This document shows positions 1-8,557 of a stretch of DNA of 64,000 bases, one piece after another. The stretch's first letter is position 1. Every line of letters starts with the position of its first letter. The notes under the pieces were generated by a model that made no database searches, had not been told where the DNA came from, and saw only the letters and a list, made by a program, of their open reading frames with translations. The stretch comes from a virus (Duplodnaviria > Caudoviricetes), in IMG/VR virus record IMGVR_UViG_3300032225_001437, positions 32,001-96,000 of that record. One strand, written 5' to 3'. A program made the position numbers and the translations under genes.

Positions 1-204
1 AGGAATACCACGAATATCTGTGGGTTCCATCTGACCCAAACGTAGGTCGATCATGTAACCGCCCAGTTCGGCAGTGATGTCTGCTACTAGCTCACTCTTG
101 CCAATTCCAGGAGGACCCCAGAGAAATAATGGGCGTTGTTTACGAAATGCTTTGAGCAAACTCTTGCGAGCTTGAATTGTAGTGACTGTTCTTGTTTCTG
201 ACAT
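1..204 (-). CDS. MoxR-like AAA+ ATPase, N-terminal part (runs off the window)
   Basis: Manual translation MSETRTVTT...LFLWGPPGIGKSELV...IDLRLGQMEPTDIRGIP with a Walker A motif; not in the ORF track because it is truncated. Confidence 0.85.
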   Translation of the reverse strand, partial: MSETRTVTTIQARKSLLKAFRKQRPLFLWGPPGIGKSELVADITAELGGYMIDLRLGQMEPTDIRGIP

Positions 205-235
205 GGCTGTGTTCCTTAGTTACGATTAAAAATAT

Positions 236-264
236 ATTATATGTTAAATAGACTTCTGTGTCAA
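236..264 (-). promoter_or_regulatory. sigma70-type promoter
   Basis: TTGACA-N17-TATAAT upstream of the AAA ATPase. Confidence 0.8.
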
Positions 265-453
265 GCAATCAATGATCTGTTGTTGCAAAACTGCAACATC
301 TTCACGATCCACATAAAAATCAGTGCGTGGATCATAATACTCACCGGCCTTGGGATCGTAATACAAGACAGCGCCACTGGGGTAGTGAAAGGGTCCTTCC
401 AGACCTTTGCGTGGACCATATTCTTGATTGTGCTTGAAAACAGTATAGGCCAA
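244..453 (-). CDS. hypothetical protein (probable TTG start)
   Basis: ORF track 244..513; the TTG at 453 abuts the upstream stop; motif GLEGPFHYPSGAVLYYDPKAGEYYDP. Confidence 0.65.
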   Translation of the reverse strand: MAYTVFKHNQEYGPRKGLEGPFHYPSGAVLYYDPKAGEYYDPRTDFYVDREDVAVLQQQIIDCLTQKSI

Positions 454-454
454 A

Positions 455-721
455 TTACACTCCCATTTCGTAGAAGCTGACAGTAGGATCAATCGAGAGT
501 AGTTGCTCTGCACAACGAACCAGACGATTCATCTTCTCACGCACCATTGCAGGAGGCAATTCACCATCACAGGTCAAGTTTTCTGGACTCATCTCAGCAT
601 CGATACTGTTAGCAATGGCCTGACGATCTTTGGCATTGAGCAAGCTCAACTCGCGTTTTTTAAAAATCTTGTTCCAAGTATTTTTCTGTGCCACATAGGC
701 TTCTAGTGTGCTGATGTTCAC
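455..721 (-). CDS. hypothetical protein
   Basis: ORF with an AGGAG Shine-Dalgarno and an upstream promoter. Confidence 0.75.
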   Translation of the reverse strand: MNISTLEAYVAQKNTWNKIFKKRELSLLNAKDRQAIANSIDAEMSPENLTCDGELPPAMVREKMNRLVRCAEQLLSIDPTVSFYEMGV

Positions 722-750
722 ATCTGCTCCTTTTTAGTTTCTATACAAGT

Positions 751-779
751 ATTATAGCAAATGGGCAATTTCTGGTCAA
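751..779 (-). promoter_or_regulatory. sigma70-type early promoter (TTGACC family)
   Basis: TTGACC-N17-TATAAT, spacer ends in TTTGC. Confidence 0.85.
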
Positions 780-1009
780 CCGAATGCTTTGACCAGCCCT
801 GTAAGCCCAATCGCTAGGGCTACAATGTTGACCAGCAACTGTGGTTTATTTGCAACACGGATTGACCAGGCCATGAACAGGACGGTGCCTACGAAGAAGG
901 CAAGTATGTTGTAAGGATAGGCCGCAGGTCCCACGGCGTTGAGACTGTGACCGGCTATTATAAACACCGCTCCAGTCCACTGTAAAACTTCATTGATTTC
1001 TAACTTCAT
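776..1009 (-). CDS. small three-helix membrane protein
   Basis: Three hydrophobic segments; the second ATG lies 6 nt after the -10 box. Confidence 0.7.
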   Translation of the reverse strand: MKLEINEVLQWTGAVFIIAGHSLNAVGPAAYPYNILAFFVGTVLFMAWSIRVANKPQLLVNIVALAIGLTGLVKAFG

Positions 1010-1015
1010 AGCCAT

Positions 1016-1044
1016 ATTATAGCAAAATGGGCATTAATGGTCAA
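1016..1044 (-). promoter_or_regulatory. sigma70-type early promoter (TTGACC family)
   Basis: TTGACC-N17-TATAAT, near copy of 751-779. Confidence 0.85.
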
Positions 1045-1053
1045 CCGGCGTTT

Positions 1054-2040
1054 TTACAAGCGCACAAAGTGTTTTTCTTCAAGATTTCTATACAAAGGCT
1101 TCATGTGTGAACTAAATGACAGGGCATCTCTAAATCTTTGATTAGCTGGACTAACAGCATCTACCCAACGACTGTCACCTATGTGTAAAATCAGGCTGAT
1201 AATTTCCAACAAGATATTTTTACTCTGTGTATATTGCGTATTCCTGCGATGCCAAAAGTTATCCGACGGCGTGGTTGTATGAACTGATACCAAATTGTCT
1301 TGCCACATCATTAACAAGGCCGAAACAGACAGCCCTAGTTTTTTATAGTCGTAGTCAATGTTGATATTTGTGCGTTCAATATATTGACCAAGATCTTGAT
1401 ACAACGACATCACGATACCAAGATAGTTGGTTACAAAACAATAGTCACTCATGTTGGTGATATGGAAAAATTCTGGAGAATTTTCATGATACTTTCTGTA
1501 GCCTAAAATAGCGTTGTCAGGCAACACATAACGGTCTAGAGTGATTGATCCAGGCCTTGCAATCTGCATACCAATTGGAGTAGTATAACTTAGATCAATC
1601 ATTGGCTGTGCTGCCGCAAAGTCAATCATCACATAGGCTTCGGTATCGTTGACCGGCACACGGAAAATTCCAAAGTCGGCACGGTCCACTAGAGAAATCC
1701 ATTGCTTGGTTCCTGATATTACATTACCATCTAACCGCATTGAGTCAGCACTTTTCCACCCAGAATAGCAACCAATTTTATTTTCATACGTAGAATCGTA
1801 AAACTCTGGCAACTGATCACCAAACTTGGTTTCTATGTGCAGACGTGGATAATGGTTGTGTTGAACACAGTGAGCAATGCTGAGATCATATTTGGCCAAG
1901 GTCAACAAGTTGTGAAACCACTGTTCACGGTCAGCTGCGGAGGATCTAGCAATGTTCAAATCAAAGTAAGGCTTTAACTTGATCAAAGTGTCTCGGTTGA
2001 AATCAGTCACATCGGTCTGTATCAATGTCGCTAACATCAT
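1054..2040 (-). CDS. acyl-CoA dehydrogenase / flavin monooxygenase-like protein
   Basis: LAKYDLSIAHCVQHN, ISGTKQWIS (G-x-K-x-W) and a C-terminal RFRDA resemble the ACAD fold. Confidence 0.55.
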   Translation of the reverse strand: MMLATLIQTDVTDFNRDTLIKLKPYFDLNIARSSAADREQWFHNLLTLAKYDLSIAHCVQHNHYPRLHIETKFGDQLPEFYDSTYENKIGCYSGWKSADSMRLDGNVISGTKQWISLVDRADFGIFRVPVNDTEAYVMIDFAAAQPMIDLSYTTPIGMQIARPGSITLDRYVLPDNAILGYRKYHENSPEFFHITNMSDYCFVTNYLGIVMSLYQDLGQYIERTNINIDYDYKKLGLSVSALLMMWQDNLVSVHTTTPSDNFWHRRNTQYTQSKNILLEIISLILHIGDSRWVDAVSPANQRFRDALSFSSHMKPLYRNLEEKHFVRL

Positions 2041-3158
2041 GGGCCTAGGTCGTATTCTTTGCTAAACATCAGTCTAAGGTTTACTAGTTGATTCTTTTCT
2101 CTAAGGTATTGATTGTCGTTTACAAAGTTCATAAATCTAGTTTCGCTTTGCAAGTTAAACAGTCCCTTGACATAGTTCAATGCAGTCCGATTGTCATTCT
2201 TTAAAAATCCTTGCAAGGTTGGATCAGGATTGGCAATCAAATCAGCGTAGGATTTTTCACCGCTTACATCTATACTAAAATATTGATCACTGCTGAGTTT
2301 TTGTAGGTTGCTGGCACCATCAGTCAGTTCTGGATGACGACCACAGGCCGTGGCCCAGCCACGATAGCCCTTGACTGTTCTGGGCCACTTTGCTTCGGCC
2401 CAATCACCATCATACAACGGCAGTTTATTGGCTACAATGTGTCGTTTGACTGCGTGTTTGACCAAATGGTTCTGCTTGATATTGATCAATGGTTCCAAGA
2501 AGAAACGATTCAAGTGGTCGTAACTCATGGTTTGACGCAGCGGACTGTCAAGGTGTCTGGCATACCAACGACCTTGCCTATAAACCAGTCGGGGTTTTTC
2601 AAAGCCAGCCACAGCGGTCCATCGTTTGCCAGCATGATTGCGTTCAATCAGGTGCTTGACGCCTTCGGCGCCGGTGCTCATACCAAACATCAACAAGTCT
2701 CCTTTGTTCTTCCATACCCAATCTTCGTCCGGGCAATCAAGGCTTCTCAAAGTAGTATCGTTTTGATCATAACGAGTGATGATAGTGGAGGGATCATAGT
2801 GGTTGGCCTTAATCCAATCCACATGATGGTCCGGATACTGTGCCAAGTGTGCTGATGCTTTGATCAAGATCTCGTCGATACGTATGTTGGCCCTTTTAAA
2901 AATATTGTAAATGGTATGACTATCAGTGCCACCGCTCCACAACAATATCACACGTTCGTATTGGGACCTTATACTCAAAGCATGAGCAGTCATTAATTCA
3001 TCCAACGACTGCTCAGGTTCTACAGCCCAATTGAATTGATCGTATACACTGTCTCTACAGTAAAACTCTACTGGATTGCCGGACTGCATGGCTTCCATCA
3101 GTGCCGGGTAGATGTTGTAGACGAACTTGTGACCAACTCGATAGGCTATAGTGTCCAT
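2037..3158 (-). CDS. PP-loop (adenine nucleotide alpha-hydrolase-like) protein
   Basis: ILLWSGGTDS PP-loop motif. Confidence 0.6.
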   Translation of the reverse strand: MDTIAYRVGHKFVYNIYPALMEAMQSGNPVEFYCRDSVYDQFNWAVEPEQSLDELMTAHALSIRSQYERVILLWSGGTDSHTIYNIFKRANIRIDEILIKASAHLAQYPDHHVDWIKANHYDPSTIITRYDQNDTTLRSLDCPDEDWVWKNKGDLLMFGMSTGAEGVKHLIERNHAGKRWTAVAGFEKPRLVYRQGRWYARHLDSPLRQTMSYDHLNRFFLEPLINIKQNHLVKHAVKRHIVANKLPLYDGDWAEAKWPRTVKGYRGWATACGRHPELTDGASNLQKLSSDQYFSIDVSGEKSYADLIANPDPTLQGFLKNDNRTALNYVKGLFNLQSETRFMNFVNDNQYLREKNQLVNLRLMFSKEYDLGP

Positions 3159-3161
3159 GTG

Positions 3162-4139
3162 TTACTCGATACTCTTGGCCACATTTCTCATGATGTTCAA
3201 GGTGTTGACTTGAACTTGACGTTGATCCTGAGGTGATCCACCAAAGTTGGCAATGTGTAACATTTCAATATCTCGAGTATATTTGGGATTCTTCAACGCG
3301 GTGTTAACTACAGAATTGAATTGTGCAATGACTTCGCGTGGTGTGCCAGCCGGTGCATATAGGCCATACCAAATTGGCACGTCCACTGCTGGCACACGGT
3401 CAGCAATGTTGACCAGTCGTGCATCTGGTATGTCTTTCTTTACAATAGCAACTCCACGTCGATCCAAGGCAGCAACGATTTTGACCTTGCCGGCTTGATA
3501 GTGCGGAGCCATTGCAGTGTAGGTATCAAACACAAACGGAACATGTCCACCTAATAGATCAGCCACTTGTGGTGCTGAACCTTTGTAGAAAATCATGTTG
3601 GGCTTGGGAAGACCTTCGCGTTTGGCCCATTCGTAGAAGATGTTGCCAGTGTAGGTGTTCCAAAAACCCAGATTGAACTTTTCTGGATTTTTCTTCACAT
3701 AGTCCTTGAACTCTTCATAGGTGTTGACTGGAACATTGCTGGCCACGGCCAACACTGCGGTACCGGCACCCAAGGGGATGATTGGCTCAAAACTGTTTTC
3801 AGTATATTCGATACCGGGTGCTTTTTGTTTGAAAGCAATATTGGCATCAATAAAACCATTGCCACCAACGTAAATGGTGTGACCATCGGCTTTGGCAGCG
3901 GCAACATAGTTACTGCCAATAACAGTATCAGCACCGGGCTTGTTTACCACAACACTTTTCCATCCTTGTGCCTGAAAAATTTCATCCAACACACGGGCCC
4001 ATTTGTCAGTGGCGCCGCCTGGTGGGTACGGCACTACAATTTCAACAGTTTTGGTTGTGGGGGTAAAACCTTGTGCTGATGCAAATGAGGACAGAACAAC
4101 TAGCATGCCGACAGCGGCAATTTTTAATAATCGAAACAT
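3162..4139 (-). CDS. Bug/TctC tripartite tricarboxylate transporter substrate-binding protein
   Basis: Signal peptide; IVVPYPPGGATD, NKPGA, YKGSAPQVADLLGGHV, WYGLYAPAGTP. Confidence 0.92.
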   Translation of the reverse strand: MFRLLKIAAVGMLVVLSSFASAQGFTPTTKTVEIVVPYPPGGATDKWARVLDEIFQAQGWKSVVVNKPGADTVIGSNYVAAAKADGHTIYVGGNGFIDANIAFKQKAPGIEYTENSFEPIIPLGAGTAVLAVASNVPVNTYEEFKDYVKKNPEKFNLGFWNTYTGNIFYEWAKREGLPKPNMIFYKGSAPQVADLLGGHVPFVFDTYTAMAPHYQAGKVKIVAALDRRGVAIVKKDIPDARLVNIADRVPAVDVPIWYGLYAPAGTPREVIAQFNSVVNTALKNPKYTRDIEMLHIANFGGSPQDQRQVQVNTLNIMRNVAKSIE

Positions 4140-4149
4140 TTATTTTTCT

Positions 4150-4296
4150 CCTAAATTTTGGTTTCTTTAAGAGCTTGCAGAAGAACTCTGCTACGGCTCG
4201 GCGTTATGTATTAATAATACAGTAAAGACATCACTATGTCAAGCGTCGATTTAGATGCCGACGTCGGAACTACCCGGCGTTGCAGGAATATTTATG
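4150..4296 (-). promoter_or_regulatory. structured intergenic leader containing TAAATA and TTGACA-N17-TATTAT promoter motifs
   Basis: Several hairpins; sigma70-like promoter at 4214-4242. Confidence 0.5.
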
Positions 4297-5922
4297 TCAG
4301 TAATTCAATTCGTCAAAGATTTCATCTGATGTTTTACCATCAAATCTGTTTTCTTTGAGCCATTCGTAGTAGTTCGGCCATTTGGATTCACGAATGTATT
4401 TGTTTCTCGCTTGATTATATTGACAAAATGCCGTGAACATTTCTAAATCACGATCTGTTGGGCGTGGTAATTTGAATTTACTAACATCAACATCGCAACT
4501 TACAACCAACCTAACATATGCTTGTTGCCAGTTCCAAACTAATCGAGAATTAATATTGTTGGTCTTCATTTCAACAATGTCTTGTAACTGTTCTAAGAAA
4601 TGTTCATCCTTGGCTCGTTGTCTTTGTAGATCCCAAAAGTTGCCAGACTTGGTAGAAAATCCCAGCATAAGGGTCATTCTCAATGCCACTTCATCCAGCA
4701 CAGGTTTTTGTAATGCATTGTATTGAGTTTCAATATCCTGTATTGCTAGCTCTGGCTGATTTAGTAATTTGATAAGATTTTCTAAGCCGCGACTGTGCGT
4801 GTGAATTAAGTTTCCGTCAAATGGATGAATCAGTCCTGATGCAAGACCAAACGCAATGGTATTACCGTAGCATGGCCGTTCGTAATAACCTGATTTCCAA
4901 GAGATCACTATGGGATTATTGACCTTGTAGTTACCAGCCCGGGATTGTAGATACTCGTGTATCTTGTCTTTTTCTGCCATAGAACTCATATAGCAGTAAC
5001 CGTTGCCAGTTCTATGATACAGATTTATTTTGAATCCCCATCCGTGTTCTAGACCTGAGAATGTAGTAGCGCCGACCATTTCTGTGTGTGGATCAGTATA
5101 CTTGCGTGGATATACCATGGCACTGTCGGGAGAATATTTTGAATGATCGATCCAAGAATGATTATCGAGCTTAGACATGATCACTCGTCTAAAACCAGTA
5201 AGATCTAGATACATGTCGCCGACAATCTTTTTCTGGCTGTCTGATACTACGCCAGTGATATGTCCGTTTTGATCTTGCTCGATGTCCTGTATCACTGCGT
5301 CAATTTCTTCAATTTGACCTGGAAAGTTAGCGATACAAATGTTGCGCATTAAAATGGCAGTTTTATCAGCATCAAAGTGATAGGAAAATCCATCATTGGG
5401 CCTTAGTATATAATTGTTGTTGGCATCGTATGGAGCCTTGGGAACGCTTGAAAAATATTGAGCGTCAATAATATCATCAACTAATTGATTCATAGTCCGA
5501 GGATTTTGTTGATGTGCCCATAGCCATGTGTCAATAATGCCAGCATCACCAGGCCTGGCCGTCCATGTTTCGTAATAGTCGGGATAATCAAAAGCAGAAT
5601 AAAATTTTGCAAGACTACTGATTTTTAAATTGTGTATTTTACCATGGTGAGTAATCTTGTTGTCGCCATTGAATTCATCTAGCTTGACCCCATACTTGTA
5701 GATAGCACCGGTGGTTCTCATGAACTCTCGATCGTCTTTAAACTTTAACAAATTTTTAAGATTATACGGACCATCAAATGCCATGGCTTCGCCAACTTGA
5801 AGTTTTGGAATCTTAGAGCTGCCTACAATGGTAATGCGAATATCTGGAACATTTTGTAAAAGTGACAACGCTGTGTACCATCCACTAAAACCTGCGCCGG
5901 CAACAACTATTTTTTTAATCAT
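4297..5922 (-). CDS. tryptophan-halogenase-family flavin-dependent protein
   Basis: VVAGAGFSGW (GxGxxG), VGEA, YHFDA, DLTGF, GWGFKINL (variant of WxWxIP), GNGY. Confidence 0.85.
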   Translation of the reverse strand: MIKKIVVAGAGFSGWYTALSLLQNVPDIRITIVGSSKIPKLQVGEAMAFDGPYNLKNLLKFKDDREFMRTTGAIYKYGVKLDEFNGDNKITHHGKIHNLKISSLAKFYSAFDYPDYYETWTARPGDAGIIDTWLWAHQQNPRTMNQLVDDIIDAQYFSSVPKAPYDANNNYILRPNDGFSYHFDADKTAILMRNICIANFPGQIEEIDAVIQDIEQDQNGHITGVVSDSQKKIVGDMYLDLTGFRRVIMSKLDNHSWIDHSKYSPDSAMVYPRKYTDPHTEMVGATTFSGLEHGWGFKINLYHRTGNGYCYMSSMAEKDKIHEYLQSRAGNYKVNNPIVISWKSGYYERPCYGNTIAFGLASGLIHPFDGNLIHTHSRGLENLIKLLNQPELAIQDIETQYNALQKPVLDEVALRMTLMLGFSTKSGNFWDLQRQRAKDEHFLEQLQDIVEMKTNNINSRLVWNWQQAYVRLVVSCDVDVSKFKLPRPTDRDLEMFTAFCQYNQARNKYIRESKWPNYYEWLKENRFDGKTSDEIFDELNY

Positions 5923-6374
5923 GAAAAAATCCTTCCTGTAATGCTGAATCTGATTTTACCAGGCTCGGTGTTGACAACTTGATGAGCAGTATCTGCTTTA
6001 AAAATATGCCAACGGTTAGGTTCAATACAATACGATGCTAACTTGGTAGCATAGTCGTTGTCAAAGAATTCAGTTAACACACGGTCGCCTCCGCAGTCTA
6101 ATACATAAGTTAATTTAATTTTTGTACCGTGATCTTTGTGCAAGCGTAAATCACCAACAGCTGCCTGGAATCCAAAATACATGTCAGGACATATATTTTG
6201 TTGACACCATTGATTTATTTCTTCGTTGAAGCTATCACTCCACCAATAGGTGTCGGGGTTAGCAACCCTACCTGGTTCTTTACGATATTGATCAAAATCA
6301 CGATTGATACGATTTAACATTTCCTTAGGAATCTGTGGAAAGTTAACGTATTGTATGTACCTTGGTGTATACAT
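5919..6374 (-). CDS. cupin / 2OG-Fe(II) oxygenase-like protein
   Basis: LHKD...H(QV)...RFSIT, an HxD...H facial-triad pattern. Confidence 0.55.
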   Translation of the reverse strand: MYTPRYIQYVNFPQIPKEMLNRINRDFDQYRKEPGRVANPDTYWWSDSFNEEINQWCQQNICPDMYFGFQAAVGDLRLHKDHGTKIKLTYVLDCGGDRVLTEFFDNDYATKLASYCIEPNRWHIFKADTAHQVVNTEPGKIRFSITGRIFS

Positions 6375-6541
6375 TATCTACCTCGGCCAGCACTTCTAGT
6401 AGGTGGCTTTTTACCGGCAGGTGCAGCAGATTTAACTCGTTTTGCTTTGGTGTCAACAACGGCGGTGCCATCGTTTTCTAAATGATGGATACCTTTTTTC
6501 TTATCCAGTGCGGCCTTAATTGTATCGCTTAGTTTGCTCAT
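6374..6541 (-). CDS. 55-aa basic protein
   Basis: Manual translation MSKLSDTIKAALDKKKG...KKPPTRSAGRGR; AAGGA SD; the stop overlaps the next start. Confidence 0.7.
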   Translation of the reverse strand: MSKLSDTIKAALDKKKGIHHLENDGTAVVDTKAKRVKSAAPAGKKPPTRSAGRGR

Positions 6542-6555
6542 TGTGGTTCCTTATA

Positions 6556-7317
6556 TTAAAACTTACTTATAAATTGTTTTTTCAACAATTCAAAATATTG
6601 TATTTCCTGCTCACTCAGAGTAACTGAATCAATATTTTGCCTAAAACTATCAGCGGCATGTTGTAGATTGTTTATATCCCCAACAAATTTAAAATTTTCT
6701 GTTGCACCTTTGGTATCGTAGGCATCCATTATGATATGATATCTATTTTCTGTTGACTTATTTGTCACTTGATGATTCCTATTCACCCAGAGAATATACA
6801 CCGATCCATCAGCTGGCATGTGCAAATCATACCCGTCGCAATGGTGTATACATTGCTCATTGGTCCATAAAGGAATATGTATACGAGCCATATATACATC
6901 AGGAGTAGCATCGCTATGCAATAGTGTAGCGCCGCCTGGACGTAACAAACTGACCCTGGCCCGGCGTGGTGTAAACCCTTGATCACGAATTTGATCTAGC
7001 ACACGGGCTATTTCACCACGACATCCATTGGTAGGATTTGCGTGTTCAAAACTATGACTGATATTTAAAAATTTACTTGCACGATAGTTTGGTTTACCTT
7101 CAGGGAATATAATCTTTTCACCTGGATGACCTGTATGTCCAATTTCCCAACCGTCTTGCCAAGTACCGGTTCGTGTTAACAAACTCCAGCCACCAAAATT
7201 GTCGTAACCGTATTCATCACCTTGAAATATAGGATCCCCTAACGTGAATACATATTGCTTCACGTCTTTGCGTAGACAATCTATGTCTACTGTGATGTTG
7301 AGTTTTTCAAAAAACAT
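6556..7317 (-). CDS. aspartyl/asparaginyl beta-hydroxylase-family (cupin) protein
   Basis: RARVSLLRPGG..LHSD, RIHIPLWTN, HQVTNKSTENRYHIIMD. Confidence 0.75.
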   Translation of the reverse strand: MFFEKLNITVDIDCLRKDVKQYVFTLGDPIFQGDEYGYDNFGGWSLLTRTGTWQDGWEIGHTGHPGEKIIFPEGKPNYRASKFLNISHSFEHANPTNGCRGEIARVLDQIRDQGFTPRRARVSLLRPGGATLLHSDATPDVYMARIHIPLWTNEQCIHHCDGYDLHMPADGSVYILWVNRNHQVTNKSTENRYHIIMDAYDTKGATENFKFVGDINNLQHAADSFRQNIDSVTLSEQEIQYFELLKKQFISKF

Positions 7318-7328
7318 AATTAAAATTT

Positions 7329-7402
7329 TGGTGCCCCTTGACAGAATCGAACTGCCAATTGATGATTACAAATCAACTGTTATACCATTTAACTAAAAGG
7401 GC
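7329..7402 (-). tRNA. tRNA-Thr(UGU)
   Basis: Cloverleaf, anticodon loop TT-TGT-AA, TTCGA T-loop, CCA end. Confidence 0.93.
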
Positions 7403-7448
7403 GTAATGCTACTTATTTGTTACAAAGTGTATCCATAAATATCATGTA

Positions 7449-7595
7449 ATGAAACTTCAACACGATGACCTAGGCTTCTATTTTGAATTCAAGTATGCTC
7501 GATATATCGAGCATCCGGGCTGGTACCTAATGGGCACAACATTACTGGGTATCTTTGCATTCAATCTAGGATTTTTAATAGGGTCAATTTGGTAG
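7449..7595 (+). CDS. 48-aa membrane protein
   Basis: MKLQHDDLGFYFEFKYARYIEHPGWYLMGTTLLGIFAFNLGFLIGSIW; preceded by a TAAATA motif. Confidence 0.5.
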   Translation: MKLQHDDLGFYFEFKYARYIEHPGWYLMGTTLLGIFAFNLGFLIGSIW

Positions 7596-7667
7596 GACCT
7601 ACTGGATTCGAACCAGGGACCCTGGAGGTAGAAGCTCCATGCTCTAATCCAACTGAGCTAAGGTCCT
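7590..7667 (-). tRNA. tRNA-Arg(UCU)
   Basis: Anticodon arm TGGAG-CTTCTAC-CTCCA; CCA end. Confidence 0.93.
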
Positions 7668-7674
7668 GCGTATT

Positions 7675-7764
7675 TGGCGGAGAGTGTGGGATTCGAACCC
7701 ACGATAGTGTTGCCACTATGACGGTTTAGTAGACCGTTGGTTTCAGCCGCTCACCCAACTCTCC
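7675..7764 (-). tRNA. tRNA-Ser with an unusual ACU anticodon
   Basis: GGAGAG acceptor, long variable arm, G73; anticodon arm ACGGT-CTACTAA-ACCGT. Confidence 0.9.
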
Positions 7765-7818
7765 GTAATTTTACTGTCATATACCTTTTGATAAATACCT
7801 TTATAAACAGCGTATATT

Positions 7819-8250
7819 ATGTTACACACAATCACAACCATTTCAGACGATCTTGCCCACCTTATCAAGGACGATCCTGTGCGCCCAGAAATACCCCTGT
7901 CTGATCGCGTAAACTCAAACAGTCGAATTTACATGTTAAAAGATGGTGATCAAACCCTGGCCGTTACCTGTGTTAAATTTTTAGAAACAATTCCTTCAGC
8001 AGTGGATGATTTGGTTGTGATAATCGGCAGTGCAACCACAGCAGTATTCTACACTATCTGGAGCTACACAGCCGGTGCCGGGCGAGACCTTATTGTAGCA
8101 GCTCAACGGTCAATTGAATCCGAATTTCCAGAGATTCAAACTTATGTGACCCTAAGTCCCAAGACCGAAATGGCTCGGCGCTTTCATCTCAAAAACGGCG
8201 CTCGTCAATTACGAGAAAACACCGACACCATCAACTACATCTACAAATAA
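7819..8250 (+). CDS. GNAT-like protein resembling the malonyl-CoA decarboxylase catalytic domain
   Basis: AVFYTIWSY...GRDLI...EFPEIQTYVTLSP resembles the MCD motifs AIFYSIS / FVTLSP. Confidence 0.55.
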   Translation: MLHTITTISDDLAHLIKDDPVRPEIPLSDRVNSNSRIYMLKDGDQTLAVTCVKFLETIPSAVDDLVVIIGSATTAVFYTIWSYTAGAGRDLIVAAQRSIESEFPEIQTYVTLSPKTEMARRFHLKNGARQLRENTDTINYIYK

Positions 8251-8252
8251 CA

Positions 8253-8414
8253 TCACTTGTTTAAAATCTGTGTCTGTTTAAAGGCCTTGATCTTGGCGTG
8301 AGCACTGGCTTGACTAGCCATAATCTGTCTACTGGCCTCGGCTCGTTTTTCAGTCTTGGTCCATTGTCCTGCTAAGGTACGACTCAATTCAGTTGCTGTT
8401 TGTTGTTTTGCCAT
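8253..8414 (-). CDS. 53-aa hypothetical protein
   Basis: Manual translation MAKQQTATELSRTLAGQWTKTEKR...; AGGA SD. Confidence 0.6.
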   Translation of the reverse strand: MAKQQTATELSRTLAGQWTKTEKRAEASRQIMASQASAHAKIKAFKQTQILNK

Positions 8415-8422
8415 TTTGATTC

Positions 8423-8557
8423 CTATCTAAAAAATTTTCTAACAATCCATTTTAACCAAAGATAACGGACCGGCCGGGTTGGGAAAAAATCAACACCCCA
8501 TCCTACTTCTCGGGGCATATTGCCATAGGCTCGATCTAGTGTATCTTTACGGGTCAT
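8423..8557 (-). CDS. 44-aa hypothetical protein
   Basis: MTRKDTLDRAYGNMPREVG...; ATGA overlap with the rpoZ-like stop. Confidence 0.5.
   Translation of the reverse strand: MTRKDTLDRAYGNMPREVGWGVDFFPTRPVRYLWLKWIVRKFFR

Noticed and set aside
751-1044. Near-identical 30-bp sequences as CRISPR repeats or att sites
   Set aside because: They are sigma70 promoter copies with -35/-10 boxes; no regularly spaced array or cas genes were seen anywhere in the window
2037-3158. PP-loop protein as the missing QueC
   Set aside because: It has SGGxDS but lacks the QueC C-terminal Zn-binding Cys cluster and is far from the que genes
7675-7764. Possible amber suppressor tRNA (CTA in the loop) or stop-codon recoding
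   Set aside because: The 5-bp stem and 7-nt loop place ACU at positions 34-36; long genes are intact in code 11, and TAA, TGA and TAG all serve as stops
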